Of a stretch of 64,000 bases of DNA, positions 42,050 through 54,178 are shown piece after piece. Below the pieces are notes generated by a model that was given only the letters and a program-made list of their open reading frames with translations, had not been told where the DNA came from and searched no databases. Every line of letters begins with the position of its first letter. Within the stretch, counting starts at the first letter, position 1. The position numbers were made by a program, and so were the translations under genes. Source of the stretch: Diplonema japonicum (taxonomy: Eukaryota > Protista > Euglenozoa: Diplonemea); the NCBI GenBank assembly GCA_964019335.1, contig OZ025672.1, positions 496,001-560,000 on the forward strand, written 5' to 3'.

Positions 42050-44665
42050 TCAGAGAACTTGTTCTTGCCTTGTCGAAAACCCAGGCAGCGGTGGTGAGGT
42101 TTTATAAGCCGGAGGTGAGTCCTTGCTCTGGTTCGTTGGGCTGCTGATACACGTTGCTGCCCGCCGTCTAGGAGAGCTCGAAGAGGAATAAGTAGGTGAT
42201 GAATTTTCTGCTGCAAGAGTAGATACAGTAAGATGAGAGTAAGTATGGCTCGCCTTATTAGTGGGTGTCTGTAAAGGGAACCCTCTCAAGCCTTTCGGTG
42301 AAGAGGAGTCGGTTACAGTCCGAGTTCGCGGACGTCTAGGGGAGGCCGTAGGCAGTAACCTGTTGACAACCCTCCCCCCTGGCGAGCTTCCCAACAAAAC
42401 TTCCTCTCGCATTTCATCGGTAAGTGGCGTAAGTATCATCTTCGTCCTAGCATGGATGTTAGGACTCTTTGGAGTCCCTGTGCTGTTGCTGGTGCTCATC
42501 GGCGATTTCGGGAAACCTCTTATATCCTCATCCGGGATGCAGAGATCGTCCCATTCCCATACAGTTTGGCACTCGCCGTCTGCCATCACCAGATACCTCC
42601 CGTTGCAGTTTAATACACACGCTTTACATAGTACCGCTGCAGCCAGTGGGAGGATCGCGTATAGATTCCACCCATTCCCGTCCATTTGAATTGCTTTGAT
42701 TTTATTGTTGAGTTTGAACGACATGCGCCGCTTCATCTGAGCCATGATCTTCACCTTTTCATTGAGTGTGCAGCCCCGCCCGAAGGATATCGCGTTGCTA
42801 ATATCAGCATCGTTGACCGAGATGATGGATCTGCTTCGGTCCCTTCCTGACGCAGAGAGCATGGGGCTTCCCAGCGATAGATCGGGTACCATGTCTGGTG
42901 GTGTTCTCCTGCCTGATGGTGTGCCCCCGATGACAGGGGTCAACGGTGCGCCGTTAGCGCGTACCCACATATTCCTGGCGACAGCTTCTAGGTCTATCCT
43001 GACTGCTGCTTCTTTTTCAAGGAGAGATTCCAATAGCGATTCAAGAAGATGATCAACAGGTTCGCCTCGATGGGACGTCTCCGTAAAGGTGGGGACGTCC
43101 TCCTTGATGGAGTTCACCATGTCACGTCTACAGTTCCCCCAGAAAGGCAACCTTCCGTAGACAAACACGTAGAGCGTGACACCAATGGCCCACACGTCTA
43201 CCGCCTTGCCTGAAATACCTTGCCGTGAGAGTTTCGAACACAGAGCCTCTGGAGGTTGGAATGCAGGTGTTCCTTCTGTGTCGTATAAATCGTCATCGTC
43301 ATCGACTATTGCAGACACCCCGAAGTCGGTTAGCTTCAAGTTCCCGTCGCGATCCAGGAGGAGGTTCTCCGGTTTAATGTCTCTATGTATGATGCCGTTC
43401 TTGTGGGAGTATCGCAGGCCTGAAACAAGGTCGCGGAAATATTTCCGCACGGTTAGCATGCTGAGGGGCTCGGACCCTTCCACGTTTCCGTCCTTGTCGA
43501 GCCTCATGGCGCACCCGCCTTCCGCATACTCCAGAACCATGTACATCTTGTTGGAGTCCTCGTCGTAGATCACTTCATAGAGCGACACGATGTTCTTGTG
43601 TCGTAGTTTCTTCAGGATGGCTACTTCTTGCTGCGCGAGGTGCAGCGCGTTTGCGTTCTTTTTCCGTATCTGCAGTTTATTCAGTATTTTGATAGCGTAG
43701 TTCGTGTCGGTGTCCACGTGCAGGGCGAGCTTGACCTTCCCGTAGGCACCCCTCCCTATCTCCTGCACCACCGTGTACTGGTTGATCCGCTTGTTTCCTT
43801 CTGCATCTGTTTTTTTCGTCACCTCGTTTGTTTCTGTCACCTCATGCTTCGGCTCCGCCGAGTCTTCATCATCAGACTCATCAACTGCGATGAGATCCTC
43901 GCAGAACGGTGGTGTCGATAGGTACTGGTGGTGCGCGGGAGGACTGCCCACAGGGAAGCCTCGCCGAGAGTTGCTCTTTGAAAAGGACATCCGGAAGTCC
44001 TCATCTGTCGGTGACAAGGCACGGGATCCGGGTGAGGTGTACTGGCTCCCTGTAGGAGAAAAGGGTTTGGACCCTTTGAATGAAACCTTTCTATCTCTTC
44101 TGTGCAGCGGTGAGGCGGCATCGTTCTTGCAAGTGGACCCGTGAGAGGACATCGAGGGGCTGCGGAGAACGCCTTTCTTTGTGAAATGAGGATTGCTGCA
44201 GCCAGCCGAAGGTATCGACACAGGTATAGCAGCAGTGCCCAGCGACGGTTGGGTTGTGAGAGAGGACATAGATGAGTGCGGCGAGATGAGCGGGTTGTCC
44301 TCGCTGGAGGACAGCTCGTAGCCTCGAGCTGCGTCAAGCACTTCTCTGTGCAGACCTATCTGGGGGGTCTTTCTTGTGACCTTGTACTGGTCCAAAGTAT
44401 TGATAACCTTGGCAAGCACCATCCACGGGTCCCCCTCGTCACCCCCTTCTTGAACATTCCGCCTGAACTCTTCAACGCATTCCTCGTTGGTCTTCTCTGC
44501 TGCAACACCACCGTCTTTATATCGCACCCACTCTGCTTGCAGCCTATCCCACCTACCATCCTCACTCACAGTCATCACCAGCTGCTTGCTGAACTCCTTC
44601 AGCATTCCACACACTGCGTTGTACCTCTGCCCTGCATCGGTACCTATCCGTTCGTCGGATTGCAT
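42050..44665 (-). CDS. Ser/Thr protein kinase, CaMKK/SAK1-GRIK-like
   Basis: INQYTVVQEIGRGAYGKVKL, YAIKIL, EVAILKKLRHKNIVSLYEVI, IIHRDIKPENLL, LTDFGVS, TEGTPAFQPPE, DVWAIGVTLY. Hidden in-frame introns in the C-terminal region are possible. Confidence 0.9.
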   Translation of the reverse strand: MQSDERIGTDAGQRYNAVCGMLKEFSKQLVMTVSEDGRWDRLQAEWVRYKDGGVAAEKTNEECVEEFRRNVQEGGDEGDPWMVLAKVINTLDQYKVTRKTPQIGLHREVLDAARGYELSSSEDNPLISPHSSMSSLTTQPSLGTAAIPVSIPSAGCSNPHFTKKGVLRSPSMSSHGSTCKNDAASPLHRRDRKVSFKGSKPFSPTGSQYTSPGSRALSPTDEDFRMSFSKSNSRRGFPVGSPPAHHQYLSTPPFCEDLIAVDESDDEDSAEPKHEVTETNEVTKKTDAEGNKRINQYTVVQEIGRGAYGKVKLALHVDTDTNYAIKILNKLQIRKKNANALHLAQQEVAILKKLRHKNIVSLYEVIYDEDSNKMYMVLEYAEGGCAMRLDKDGNVEGSEPLSMLTVRKYFRDLVSGLRYSHKNGIIHRDIKPENLLLDRDGNLKLTDFGVSAIVDDDDDLYDTEGTPAFQPPEALCSKLSRQGISGKAVDVWAIGVTLYVFVYGRLPFWGNCRRDMVNSIKEDVPTFTETSHRGEPVDHLLESLLESLLEKEAAVRIDLEAVARNMWVRANGAPLTPVIGGTPSGRRTPPDMVPDLSLGSPMLSASGRDRSRSIISVNDADISNAISFGRGCTLNEKVKIMAQMKRRMSFKLNNKIKAIQMDGNGWNLYAILPLAAAVLCKACVLNCNGRYLVMADGECQTVWEWDDLCIPDEDIRGFPKSPMSTSNSTGTPKSPNIHARTKMILTPLTDEMREEVLLGSSPGGRVVNRLLPTASPRRPRTRTVTDSSSPKGLRGFPLQTPTNKASHTYSHLTVSTLAAENSSPTYSSSSSPRRRAATCISSPTNQSKDSPPAYKTSPPLPGFSTRQEQVL

Positions 44666-44874
44666 TCTCCTAAACACCTCAAAGGACGTGAAGGGAGGGA
44701 GGGAGGGAGGAGGGTCGAGGGCTCCAGGGTTCGAGAGGTTATATAAAACACAATTGATGCGTCCGCACTGCGGCACCACACACCACCACCACGACGCCCC
44801 AGCCTACCTCTTACCCCCACCTGTGATGGTTGGAATAAAAAAAAAAAGAAATAAGTCGTTCATAATAATAAAAG

Positions 44875-45810
44875 CTAGAACTTGACCTTGCAAACAAACA
44901 CAGCCGTATCCAAGGTCTGCGCGATTGGTTGTTCTGATGGGCCGCTGCTGAGGTAGGGCGCCCTGTAGACCTTCTGAGGGTACAACCCCGCAGGCATCAA
45001 AAGATCCTTTGCTACTGCCTCGGCGGAACCTTCAAAGGTATTGTCCCCTTCCAGCTGCAAACCAGTGAGCGTGAGGTTCTGCAAGAAATCCAAATGGTGG
45101 TAGGGAAGAGGGACTGAGATAATGACGGTGGTTCCTGTCTGGAGCTTCAAACGGAGGTTGTTCAGAAGCTGCGTCGGACTGCTGCATCTGTCTATTGTGT
45201 TAAGGCACATAACGCAGGCAACTTCGGGCATGGTGTCGGGGAGATCAACCTCATTGGTATGGTACGCTGCGTAGCCCTGTTGCTTCAGCTTCCGGCAAAG
45301 GCGGGAGGTGACTTCACAGCAGTGGATGTCGGTAAAGTGTTCTTTGTAGTAAGCTACGAGGTCACCTTTACCAGCACCCACATCGAGCACTACACCGCCT
45401 TTGCAGGGATCTGGTATAACCTCGCTCCATTGCAAGGGGGACAAAAGGTATAAGAAAGGGATGTCGAGAAGGACTTGTGAATCATAGAAATACATCCGCC
45501 GCTTGCGTTTGTAGAGGAAATTCAACACACGTTGCTTAAAGTTTGGCACTGGGTCTGCCATGCACTCTGTCACCCACCTCATCAGGTCGGTATCGGGCGT
45601 GTCAGGGCCGTCTACTGCGATGTTTTTCAGCACATTCAACCGCTCCCTGACGAATTTATTTCTAAACACCCACTGTTGCGCCCCCTTACTCCACACATCG
45701 TACTCCGATGGTAACCGCTTCCCCACCCCCGCAAACCTCAACTCGTCCTGTGTTGCCACCCTTGCATATGCCAGACCTGCATCTTTCCATATTGGTATAC
45801 ACCTCTTCAT
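44875..45810 (-). CDS. METTL9: METTL9/DREV-like SAM-dependent (protein-histidine) methyltransferase
   Basis: LYLLSPLQW, VLDVGAGKG, CEVT..L.RKL..QGY, CLNTIDRCSSP..LL, SVPLPY, APYLSSG and LDTAVFV follow the DREV family layout. Confidence 0.75.
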   Translation of the reverse strand: MKRCIPIWKDAGLAYARVATQDELRFAGVGKRLPSEYDVWSKGAQQWVFRNKFVRERLNVLKNIAVDGPDTPDTDLMRWVTECMADPVPNFKQRVLNFLYKRKRRMYFYDSQVLLDIPFLYLLSPLQWSEVIPDPCKGGVVLDVGAGKGDLVAYYKEHFTDIHCCEVTSRLCRKLKQQGYAAYHTNEVDLPDTMPEVACVMCLNTIDRCSSPTQLLNNLRLKLQTGTTVIISVPLPYHHLDFLQNLTLTGLQLEGDNTFEGSAEAVAKDLLMPAGLYPQKVYRAPYLSSGPSEQPIAQTLDTAVFVCKVKF

Positions 45811-46154
45811 GGTGGCTTCCCTTCCTTTTTTTCTATTCCCCCCTCCTCTCCCGCCTTTTTTTTGAATTGGGGTGGATTAAGAAACGTAATGAACACCAGA
45901 ATGGGGGGGGGGTAATAAAAACAACAAGAGATGGAAGAGAGGCGGATGGTACAAGTAAAGAAGAAACAAATATAAATGGGGAAAAGGAGATAAATGGGGG
46001 AGGGGGGAGAAAGACATGACGGCTCTACAATCAATAAGACTCTGCTTCATGTACAACAGTTAAGGAAACAAAAAAAAGGAAGTACAAAAAAAGGGGATGG
46101 AGTGGGAGGGGGGTGAGAAAAAAAAAGAGCGCAAAGAGTGTTCCCTTTCAAAAG

Positions 46155-49100
46155 CTAATACACAGGACGGGAAGGCGTAATAGGCGGGGACATTATGACC
46201 TGGTTGGTGTTATGTAATTGTAGTTGGGTCCATACCCCTTGCTTCCTGGTGCTTGCTTTAGGGGACGACATGAAGGACATGACCGAAGCTTGGTTGGCAA
46301 GGGGCGATGCCATGCCAGCAGGGTGCTGCCCTGGGCTTTGGAAGGCTTTGTTGAGCTCCCTGTGTGCATTTGTACAGTTCATCAAGACATACTTGTTGTA
46401 AGCATCCCAAAAGTAAGCTTTAGTGTCTGTCATGGGAGGGTAGGTGGGAGTGGGAATTGCGGGCAGAGCTGTCGGTATGACAGTCACCGGAGACGGCACG
46501 GAGAGGGGTTGCATGACCCCCGCAGGAGGTACTGTAGGGGCAGGGACATTGAGGGGGGCTGGGATAGGTCCTGGCTTCAGAAGGTCGTCGATGGCTTTCC
46601 GCAGCTCATCGCGCTTCTGCTCCTTGTCGGCAGACTGCGAAGAGGCGGGTTGTCCCACAGCCGGTTTCGACTTCTCCCTCTCAAACACCTCATCATCCAC
46701 TGTCGACACTTCGTCAAGGGGACCCCCTTTGGCTAGCAGGTACTTCTCCACCTCCTGCCTCCTCTGCAGACCTTGCAGTGTCGTCTCTAAACCAGGCACC
46801 TCATCATCCTTCGGTGGTTGGATAGATTGCTGCATTTGTTGCTTCTGCTGCTGTGGGTGTGACATCTGTACGGCCTGCTGAGAATGTGGCTGGGCGGCCT
46901 GTTGAGGTGGCTGAGAAGGCTGCTGCGGAAGAGTGTCCTGAGCTCCATAAAGTTTGGAGTTCAGAAGCTCGATCTGCTTTTTAAGATACTGGTTTTCCTC
47001 GTGCAGTTTCCCTTCGTTTTTGCTCTCGTGTCTTTCGAACTTGCCACTGGTCGCTCCAACCCCAGGCCTGCTAGCCATGCTCTCCCACGAAGCTAGCGCA
47101 TCTTTCTCCTCTTCGCTGAGGCCTTTCAAGTGCGCTGCAACTTGATTTACCAATATCTGTGGCACATCACCAGTTCCTTCTGCCTGCATTTGACGCGCTG
47201 CAGCAGGTGCAGAGGCATGGGCAGCAGGTGCAGAGACAGGTGCAGCAGGTGCATCATCGTCCGTCACCAGCTCTTGTCGCAGGATAGCTTCCGCAGCTAA
47301 CTTACTGTTCGAAAATCCTGCTGCCTGGACACCCTTTTTGTATTTCTTCACAAGGTAAGCAGCCATCTGCTTAGCTTCATCGAAATTTCTCACTCCCGCA
47401 AACTGACTCATGTTCACGCCACCTGTGTGTGCTTGCTGTGAGGTACAGAGACAACTATCAACAGGGTACAATAATACAGCAAGACATCTACAGCATACAG
47501 GTCACACGCGAGCCTCTGATGCGGGTCTTGAAGGGGAGATCAAGACAGTGTCAGAGGGCGGTTCCAGCAGGTTTGTTCCCAAGTCCTTGTGCATAGGAAT
47601 GGGAATTGGAGCAGGGATGGGGATGGGGATGGGGACGGGGGCGGGGGCGGGAATGGGGACGGGGATAGGGATGGGAACCAATGCGTTCATTACAGGAGGT
47701 GACTCTAAGACTTTGATAGTCGGGATGGGTGGGGACATGGCGGGACGTGGGGGCGACCCTACTGGCGTTGGGATGGCGCTCCTGGGTTGGTATTAACAAT
47801 GCTCGCGTTGCTGAACATACCCTACTTCTGACAGAGCGGTAACCCTGCTGAATGCATCGTCAAGGCGGCTGACGAGAGACTTCCTCTGATCTGCGAGGAT
47901 TACAGACTCCCTGACTTCTGCAAGGCACTCCTGTTTGTTTTTGTCAAGTAAGCTGTCTGCAACTTACCTTATACAGCTGCTCAGTAGCAAGGTTATCTGC
48001 CTTGGCCTCACTAAGGGCCTTGGCTTGATTTTCTATTTCCTGTTCAAAAGCGGTGCTGACCTGTGTGAGATGTCGTATCTCTTCGTTCGAAGCCTCGAGC
48101 AACGGGGCGTACTGCTCTGTTACCTCTGCTCGTATCTTTTTCTTGAGGTCCTCCACGGTGCGTTTGCCGTACGAGGAGCTTAGTTCTGTGTTCAGCCTGT
48201 TGTTCTGCGCATTGCAAAGTTCCATTTGCCCGCGCAGGATCTGCACCTCGGACTCGTAGTACTCACGCAGGTTTTTCACTTCGGCGAACTCCTTTTGGAA
48301 GTTCTTGTTGATCTCGTTCTTGGTGGCCAGCTCCGCAATGGCTATTTTCTCTTCCATGATCTGCTGCATGGCATCCACTTTTGCGTCCATCTCTCGCTGC
48401 AGCTCTGTGTTCAGCACTGCCATGTCCTTGATCCGCTGCTCGAGTGTTTGTTTTTCCGCCACGAACGCCTCATCGCACTCTCGCCGTGTCTCCTCAACCA
48501 GCCTCTCCACCATCACCACCTCATTGTTATTTCTCTCGTTGATAAGCGCCACGTTTTCGTTCAGCAGGGATCCCAAGGTCGCTGAGAACTCCTCACGCAG
48601 CAATCCCACTGCCTCCTCCTTTGCCTCCCCGATGTAGATGGTGTCTCTTATCACATCGATCTCTTGCTGCATGTCCAAGTTCTTCACGGGGCCGGACGGC
48701 TTTACAGCTTGCGTGGATGGGTGCTGTGCACCGCTCTGTGCCTTTCCTTGGAAGATCCTCAGCTGCAGGGTAACCCAGTAGCACTCAGTGGTTGTGAGAT
48801 GTTTCCCGAAATGCTCCAGCAGCGTCTCCAGCGTCTCCTCCGAGACAAGACGCAGCTCGGACTCTTTAAACTCGTTTGAAGCTGACTTCGCAAACTTCTT
48901 CCACGCCATCATGACAGGCGGCAGGGAGGTAAGCGGCGTGCTTTGCTGTGCAGGGCCGCTTGAGGCCTTTGGGGCACAGGGAAGGGCCATGGCTTCCATG
49001 CACCAAAGAACCTTCTTGGAAAGGTACCTCAAGAGGGACAGGTGCGTGCCTAGCACGTGCAGACGGTGTGCGTCAATCGACGAGATCTCACTTGTGCGCA

Positions 49101-49788
49101 GCATTTTGTAAAGGTGTGGCTTCTTGTCGAACATACCCTGCTTGCCTAGGAGTTCGACTGGTAGGATAGGGAGGGGCGTCATGAGGACATCGTCGTGCTC
49201 GTGCTGAACATGCTTCGCGAGGTCTTTGACACGGTTGAGGAGGTCGTTCATGTCCTCGGCGGTGAAGCGGAGCGACGCTGTGCGTGTGTGTGGAGTGTTG
49301 ACGGACCTCCCGCCTCTACGGGGTGCCGTCTTGCCTTCGGTACCGCCGGCCGACTGCGCGTAGCGTATGGCGTTCTTGACATCTTCTTTCGCAAGAAGTA
49401 CCTCGTGCTGCATGACCCAGCGGCGATGGACTTCTGTCTGCCGCTCGCTAAGGGGCCGTTTGTGGTGCACTTTATACACTTCCCACATCTCTTTGTTGTG
49501 GTACTCCTGTTCTTCGATTTCTGCTCGTGAAGAGGCACCCGCCTTGGCAGGGAAGGGAAGGGGGTACACGTCTGCAGGGTATTCGCCGTCGTCGACCCCG
49601 CTGATGATACTGTCGTACGCACGTCGTGCCTTCTTCTCTTGTGGCAGCTTTTTGTCCGTTGCCTCGGTGTCCTTCCTGAACTCTTCTAGCAGCTTTCGTT
49701 TGCAGGTTTCATATTCATCAGCTTCGATCAGCCCGCCCCTCAGCGAGGCCATCAGGCTGCCGAGTTGCTCATGGAGGAGCACCATCAC
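46155..49788 (-). CDS. Large coiled-coil / Pro-rich protein of unknown function (~1161 aa, 3 introns)
   Basis: Introns 47931-47967, 47782-47820 and 47436-47507 join ORFs 47944-49788, 47502-47738 and 46155-47471 in frame. The last junction is least certain, so this could be two genes. Confidence 0.65.
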
Positions 49789-50717
49789 ACCTGCTTTATA
49801 AATATTTTAATTACGGATGGCAAAAAAGAAAGAAGAAGAAGTAAAAGTAGAAAAAAAAAGAAGAAGAAGAAAAAAAAAAGAAGAAAAAAAAAAAAACCAA
49901 ATAGAAGAAAACCGAAACAGTGCATAATAAACGAGGGAAGAAGAAGGGGGAAATTTTTAATAAAGTGGTCATCGCCTCGCCTTCTTCTCCTTTCCCTTTC
50001 CCCCCCCCCCCTCCCTTTTTTTCCCTATACTATACATAATGCAAGGATTCACCGAACGTAAAAATAAAAAAGGAAAGGAGGGGAGAGAGGGGAAAGGGAA
50101 CAGCCCGCACAAACAGCAAACAGTGTCTATTATTATTTTCGTTTTTTTTTATTTTATTTTACTTTTTGCTCCTGGAGCCTAAACATCCATAGCTGCACGC
50201 AAGGATTTGTCTACCTTTCATGCAATGGGTGCTGGTAGAGTAGCAGCAGGAATGAAATGACAATAACGGGCGAAGGCGTGTAGACCAGAAGAACAAAGGG
50301 GGAAATGAAAAGTACCCCCCCCCCCCCCCACTCTTTTCATTTCACAATAGGAACGAGGGGGCGGGGGTGGGAGAGGAAGGATAATATTACCACAAAAGGG
50401 AGAAAAAAAAAAGAAGAAAAAAAGTACCCCTCCTAATGAAAGAACGAAAGGTGGGGAAGAAAAAAAAAGAGTTTATGAAATCTTTTTTCCCGCTTATGGT
50501 GTGGTCCATCCTCGATAAAAAGAAAATGAGTAAACCTCTGAACAGGCAACGCTTTTTTTTTTTTTTTCCTTTCATTCTCAAATCCAGTGTTCGTGATATG
50601 CATGGTTGCACAAAGGCAAACTGTGGATTTCTGGCCAAAAAAATAACCTAGACCTAGACGTATCAAATAAAGTAAAATAACACGTCAAGCGTTGTGCGTA
50701 GAGCAAACTGTTGAGGG

Positions 50718-50758
<41 letters not shown>

Positions 50759-50910
50759 TCTGTCGCCTGTTCAGAGGTCTCTTTAGAGAAAATTAATAAA
50801 ACAAAAAAAAATATTTTTTCCTTTTGCGTGTTCTTTTTCCTTTGCAGAAGAAAAAAAAAAAAAGTGAAGATACAGCTCTTGAAGTGGGAAAAAAAAAAAA
50901 AAAAAAAAAA

Positions 50911-53256
50911 TCAAATGCTGGAGAAGGTTCGGGCATCCGCATCCTTATCGCCTCTGCTCATAAGTTCAATGTTTTGGTAGATAGTTGTCGACTGGTGCTT
51001 CATAGAAGGGGAGGAAAGGGTAGGGGATGGCGTAGTGACCGAAGTTTCCCAGGATCGAATTTTTGAACGCCTTTTAGAGTCACTTTTCCCAGTTTTTCCG
51101 GGTGAAGGTGGCTGCGGTGCTTGCACGTTGACACCTGAGTCCAGCACACTTGGGGAATCTTGTACAGGTGAGCCTGAAGTAGTGGCAGACAACCTTTTGG
51201 TTCGCAGCGAAGAGTTATCAGAGTCCCTCTTTGACCACGGGCGGCGACGGAAGCTCTCAGACTTATAGTCCTGTAGGAGTGCCACATGCATCTCCAGGTC
51301 TTGTTTTTCTTGACGAATCTTCTCCATCAGCTCTCTCTCTGTCTCGGTTTGCCTCGATTCGTCAACTTCCTCAAGGCCCTCCAAGTCCCTTTCTACCCCT
51401 CTGTCTTCAACATATTCACCAAAGCCGTCCTTCATTTCAGGCAGGGCAAAGATGTCTTCTTCCTCTTCTGTTTCTGTGTCCTTGTCTTTGTCCGACGTTG
51501 GTGTGTAGATCCTGTCCTTCGCAATGGGCGGTGGGTTGTACAGCATCTCCTTCATGCGCCGCATCTCGCATTCCACTTTTGTCGCGCCAACAGACTTTTC
51601 AGGTACCACATCGACCTCTTTCTCGTGCACTAGCATCGCTTGCTGCTTCTTCGCGCGTAGTGTGTACAGCAGCAACAGTATCATGATAGAGCACAGGCAC
51701 AGAGCAGCAAGGGCTATCAAGATGAACATAAGCAGCGTGTTCGTAGAGTTCTCCTCCTTGAGTGCCGCCTCCTTCTGTATGATGCAGCCGTCGATGTCAG
51801 ACGACCATTTGCACTGCGCCTTCGCGTTGCACTCCGAGGCCTTCGTCTCCTTTGCGCAGTTCTCAGCAATGAGACACTTCCCTGCTGCTGCGTCCCAATG
51901 GCAGCTCGGGATGATCCTGCAGTCTTTCTCAGCACTTTGCTTTACGCATTCCGAGCCGTACACGATGCACACCTGGCTGCCCTCGGACCACTCGCAGCCC
52001 GTCATGCTCATGCACACGCCCCTGTTCGCAGCTGTGCCACAATCCGTGCGTGGTGCCGGTGTCGGTGGCGGGGTGGGGGGTGCAGAGGTGACAGAAACAG
52101 GGGAAACAGTATCAGGTGCTGGGGTAGTACCTGGTGCAACCGTATCGGGGGCCTTTGTAGCGCCCGGTGCTACTGTGTCAGGAGGGTTGGTGTCGGGGGC
52201 TGTCGTAGGCTCCGCAGTGTCGGGAACAAGTGTGTCTGGGGCAGGCGTGTCGGGAGCCTTTGTTGTGTCCTCTTCCACCCACACGACAGGACCGATCCCG
52301 GTACCTGCCACCATCGAGGCAGGCGCGCTGAAGACAGTGACGGCACCGGCAGGACTCTTGACGTCCACCAGAATGACGGTGTCAGCGGGGCTGCCCTGTA
52401 TGGCGTACACCTCATCCACCACCTTGGTGCTGGTAATGGATGGCTGCAACACGCCAGTGCTGTCCGGATAGCCGACCGGTGGCGCCAGAGGACTCGAGTC
52501 CCACACGACGGTTGTGGGCTGGCTGTCATCAACGTAGGACCTCACAACACGCGCCCTGCGCGCTGAGGAGCTCAAGTCATCGGAGTCCAGGAGGAGGAGG
52601 GAGCCGTCGGCCTGCCGTGCGCCCTGTCCGATGAAACCCCATGTGTAGGCAGCAGACGTGGTGGTAGGCTTGAGGCTTCTGCCCACTACTTTGAAAACCC
52701 CACCCTTGGAGGGCGGCCCCGAAGTGATGGCAACGTCACCCCCGAGGAAGACGCCGCCGCCGGGCTGCGTGTCGGGTACCGACATGCCAGGGTCCCTGCT
52801 GTTGATGCTCGAGGCTGCCCAGGAGCCGGGCGCACCGGAGAGCACGGTGGAGTGGATTTTGTAGCCGCCACCTGACCCACTGCCTGTGGAGTAATACTCT
52901 ACAAAGTAAATGGTAGACGTGGCAGAGTCGATGGCGCAGCCTAGCAAGTTCCCCGACCGTGTGAACAGCTCCGTCTTGGACGCACCCTCCATGGTCATGA
53001 TACTGACAGCGTGCCTGATGGTCGACGCACTCGGGTTTTCAGTCCATACTATAATGCCAGCTGTCGTGTCCACACACATCCCCCCGATAGCGGGCGGGAA
53101 GGCCTTCGAACCCGACTCCCTCGGCTGTGCTAATAACATCGTTTCTGTACCAGCCTTCACGTCGACCTTGTGCAGCCCATCCTCACCCCATAGCAGCAGC
53201 GTCCCCTCTTGCGTGAGCCCTATAGTGAGGGTCAGTGTTATGAAAAGTGTAGCCAT
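50911..53256 (-). CDS. Type I membrane protein: beta-propeller-like ectodomain, APDT mucin stalk, three Cys-rich (PSI-like) repeats, TM, cytosolic tail (781 aa)
   Basis: Signal peptide, LDLR/YWTD-like strands (AIDSATSTIYFVE), TKAPDT/APDT repeats, C..W....C repeats, TM LLMFILIALAALCLCSIMILLLLY. Confidence 0.8.
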   Translation of the reverse strand: MATLFITLTLTIGLTQEGTLLLWGEDGLHKVDVKAGTETMLLAQPRESGSKAFPPAIGGMCVDTTAGIIVWTENPSASTIRHAVSIMTMEGASKTELFTRSGNLLGCAIDSATSTIYFVEYYSTGSGSGGGYKIHSTVLSGAPGSWAASSINSRDPGMSVPDTQPGGGVFLGGDVAITSGPPSKGGVFKVVGRSLKPTTTSAAYTWGFIGQGARQADGSLLLLDSDDLSSSARRARVVRSYVDDSQPTTVVWDSSPLAPPVGYPDSTGVLQPSITSTKVVDEVYAIQGSPADTVILVDVKSPAGAVTVFSAPASMVAGTGIGPVVWVEEDTTKAPDTPAPDTLVPDTAEPTTAPDTNPPDTVAPGATKAPDTVAPGTTPAPDTVSPVSVTSAPPTPPPTPAPRTDCGTAANRGVCMSMTGCEWSEGSQVCIVYGSECVKQSAEKDCRIIPSCHWDAAAGKCLIAENCAKETKASECNAKAQCKWSSDIDGCIIQKEAALKEENSTNTLLMFILIALAALCLCSIMILLLLYTLRAKKQQAMLVHEKEVDVVPEKSVGATKVECEMRRMKEMLYNPPPIAKDRIYTPTSDKDKDTETEEEEDIFALPEMKDGFGEYVEDRGVERDLEGLEEVDESRQTETERELMEKIRQEKQDLEMHVALLQDYKSESFRRRPWSKRDSDNSSLRTKRLSATTSGSPVQDSPSVLDSGVNVQAPQPPSPGKTGKSDSKRRSKIRSWETSVTTPSPTLSSPSMKHQSTTIYQNIELMSRGDKDADARTFSSI

Positions 53257-53381
53257 TATAGGGTACTTTACATCTTTTATTTGTATTTCTTGTGTGGTGT
53301 TCTTTCTGTTTCTGTTCTTTAGAAGGGGGGGTTATTTTTTTCCATACAAATAAAGTTAAAAAAAAAAAACACTAAAACTTC

Positions 53382-53748
53382 TTAAGCACTGGGCTTCTTA
53401 GTCTTGATTGTAAGGGAGTGAAACTGCTCCTGGCCGTTTTCATCAACAAAAAGATTCTCAAGATTGTCGGTGATGTCAGGTGCAGGGAAATTGGAGTCGG
53501 AAGTGGCGCCCTATGTGAATATTCCCCCTCCCCTCAATTTTTACCTTCAAGCAAGCTACCACCATTTTGTGCTGGACAGGGAGGGACTTGCCTCTGAAGA
53601 AATTGCTTTCAATTTCAATTTTGAATGAAGCACCACAGCCACCACTGCTGTCTTCCACCGCCACGTTGCTACCGGTAAAGTAAGTGCCCAACCTACTTTG
53701 CATATCTTCTACACTTACTGCCAAAAGCCTTCTGTTCAAACGAAACAT
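53382..53748 (-). CDS. BolA-family protein (BolA3/BolA2-like), likely mitochondrial (110 aa, 1 intron)
   Basis: MFRLNRR presequence, VEDSSGGCGASFKIEIES..F.GKSL..QHKMV. Removing intron 53511-53544 leads in frame to FHSLTIKTKKPSA-stop. Confidence 0.85.
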
Positions 53749-53846
53749 TTTATTATTATTATGTTTTTTTCTCCTTCTTTTTTCTTCTTCTTCTTCCACC
53801 TTTGATGGTAATGCTGGAAATTCAATCCTCCCCCCCCCCCCCCCCC

Positions 53847-54001
53847 TAGGGCTATGCTGGCAGGAAACGTGGAACGTTTCCGTTCCCGTTTCCATACTTT
53901 TCAAAATTCTTATGGAAACGCGTTTCCTTCTTAAGGAAACATAAGGAAACGTTTCCGTTTCCGTTTCCCTTTTTTTTCGAAAAGTGCATGGAAACGCGTT
54001 T
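53847..54001. mobile_element. Truncated inverted copy of hAT-like MITE (GGAAACG family)
   Basis: Begins TAGGGCTATGCTGGCAGGAAACG; near reverse complement of 54867-55021. Confidence 0.8.
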
Positions 54002-54178
54002 GTCAAAAATCCAGATAAAGTATTAACAAGTGCCCAGAAATGCTCTAATCCGGCGAATTTTGATTTTTTGGTTAATTTGGAAGGTATTGGGCGGTTTTTT
54101 TTACCTTAGGGGAAAGAATTTTAAAAAACTTTTTTTTTTTCACGTTTAACCACGTTTTTTAGGACCATGTGACCCCCC

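Noticed and set aside
42595-42645. Possible extra intron in the kinase C-terminal region
   Set aside because: The frame stays open and no conserved motif is available to test it.
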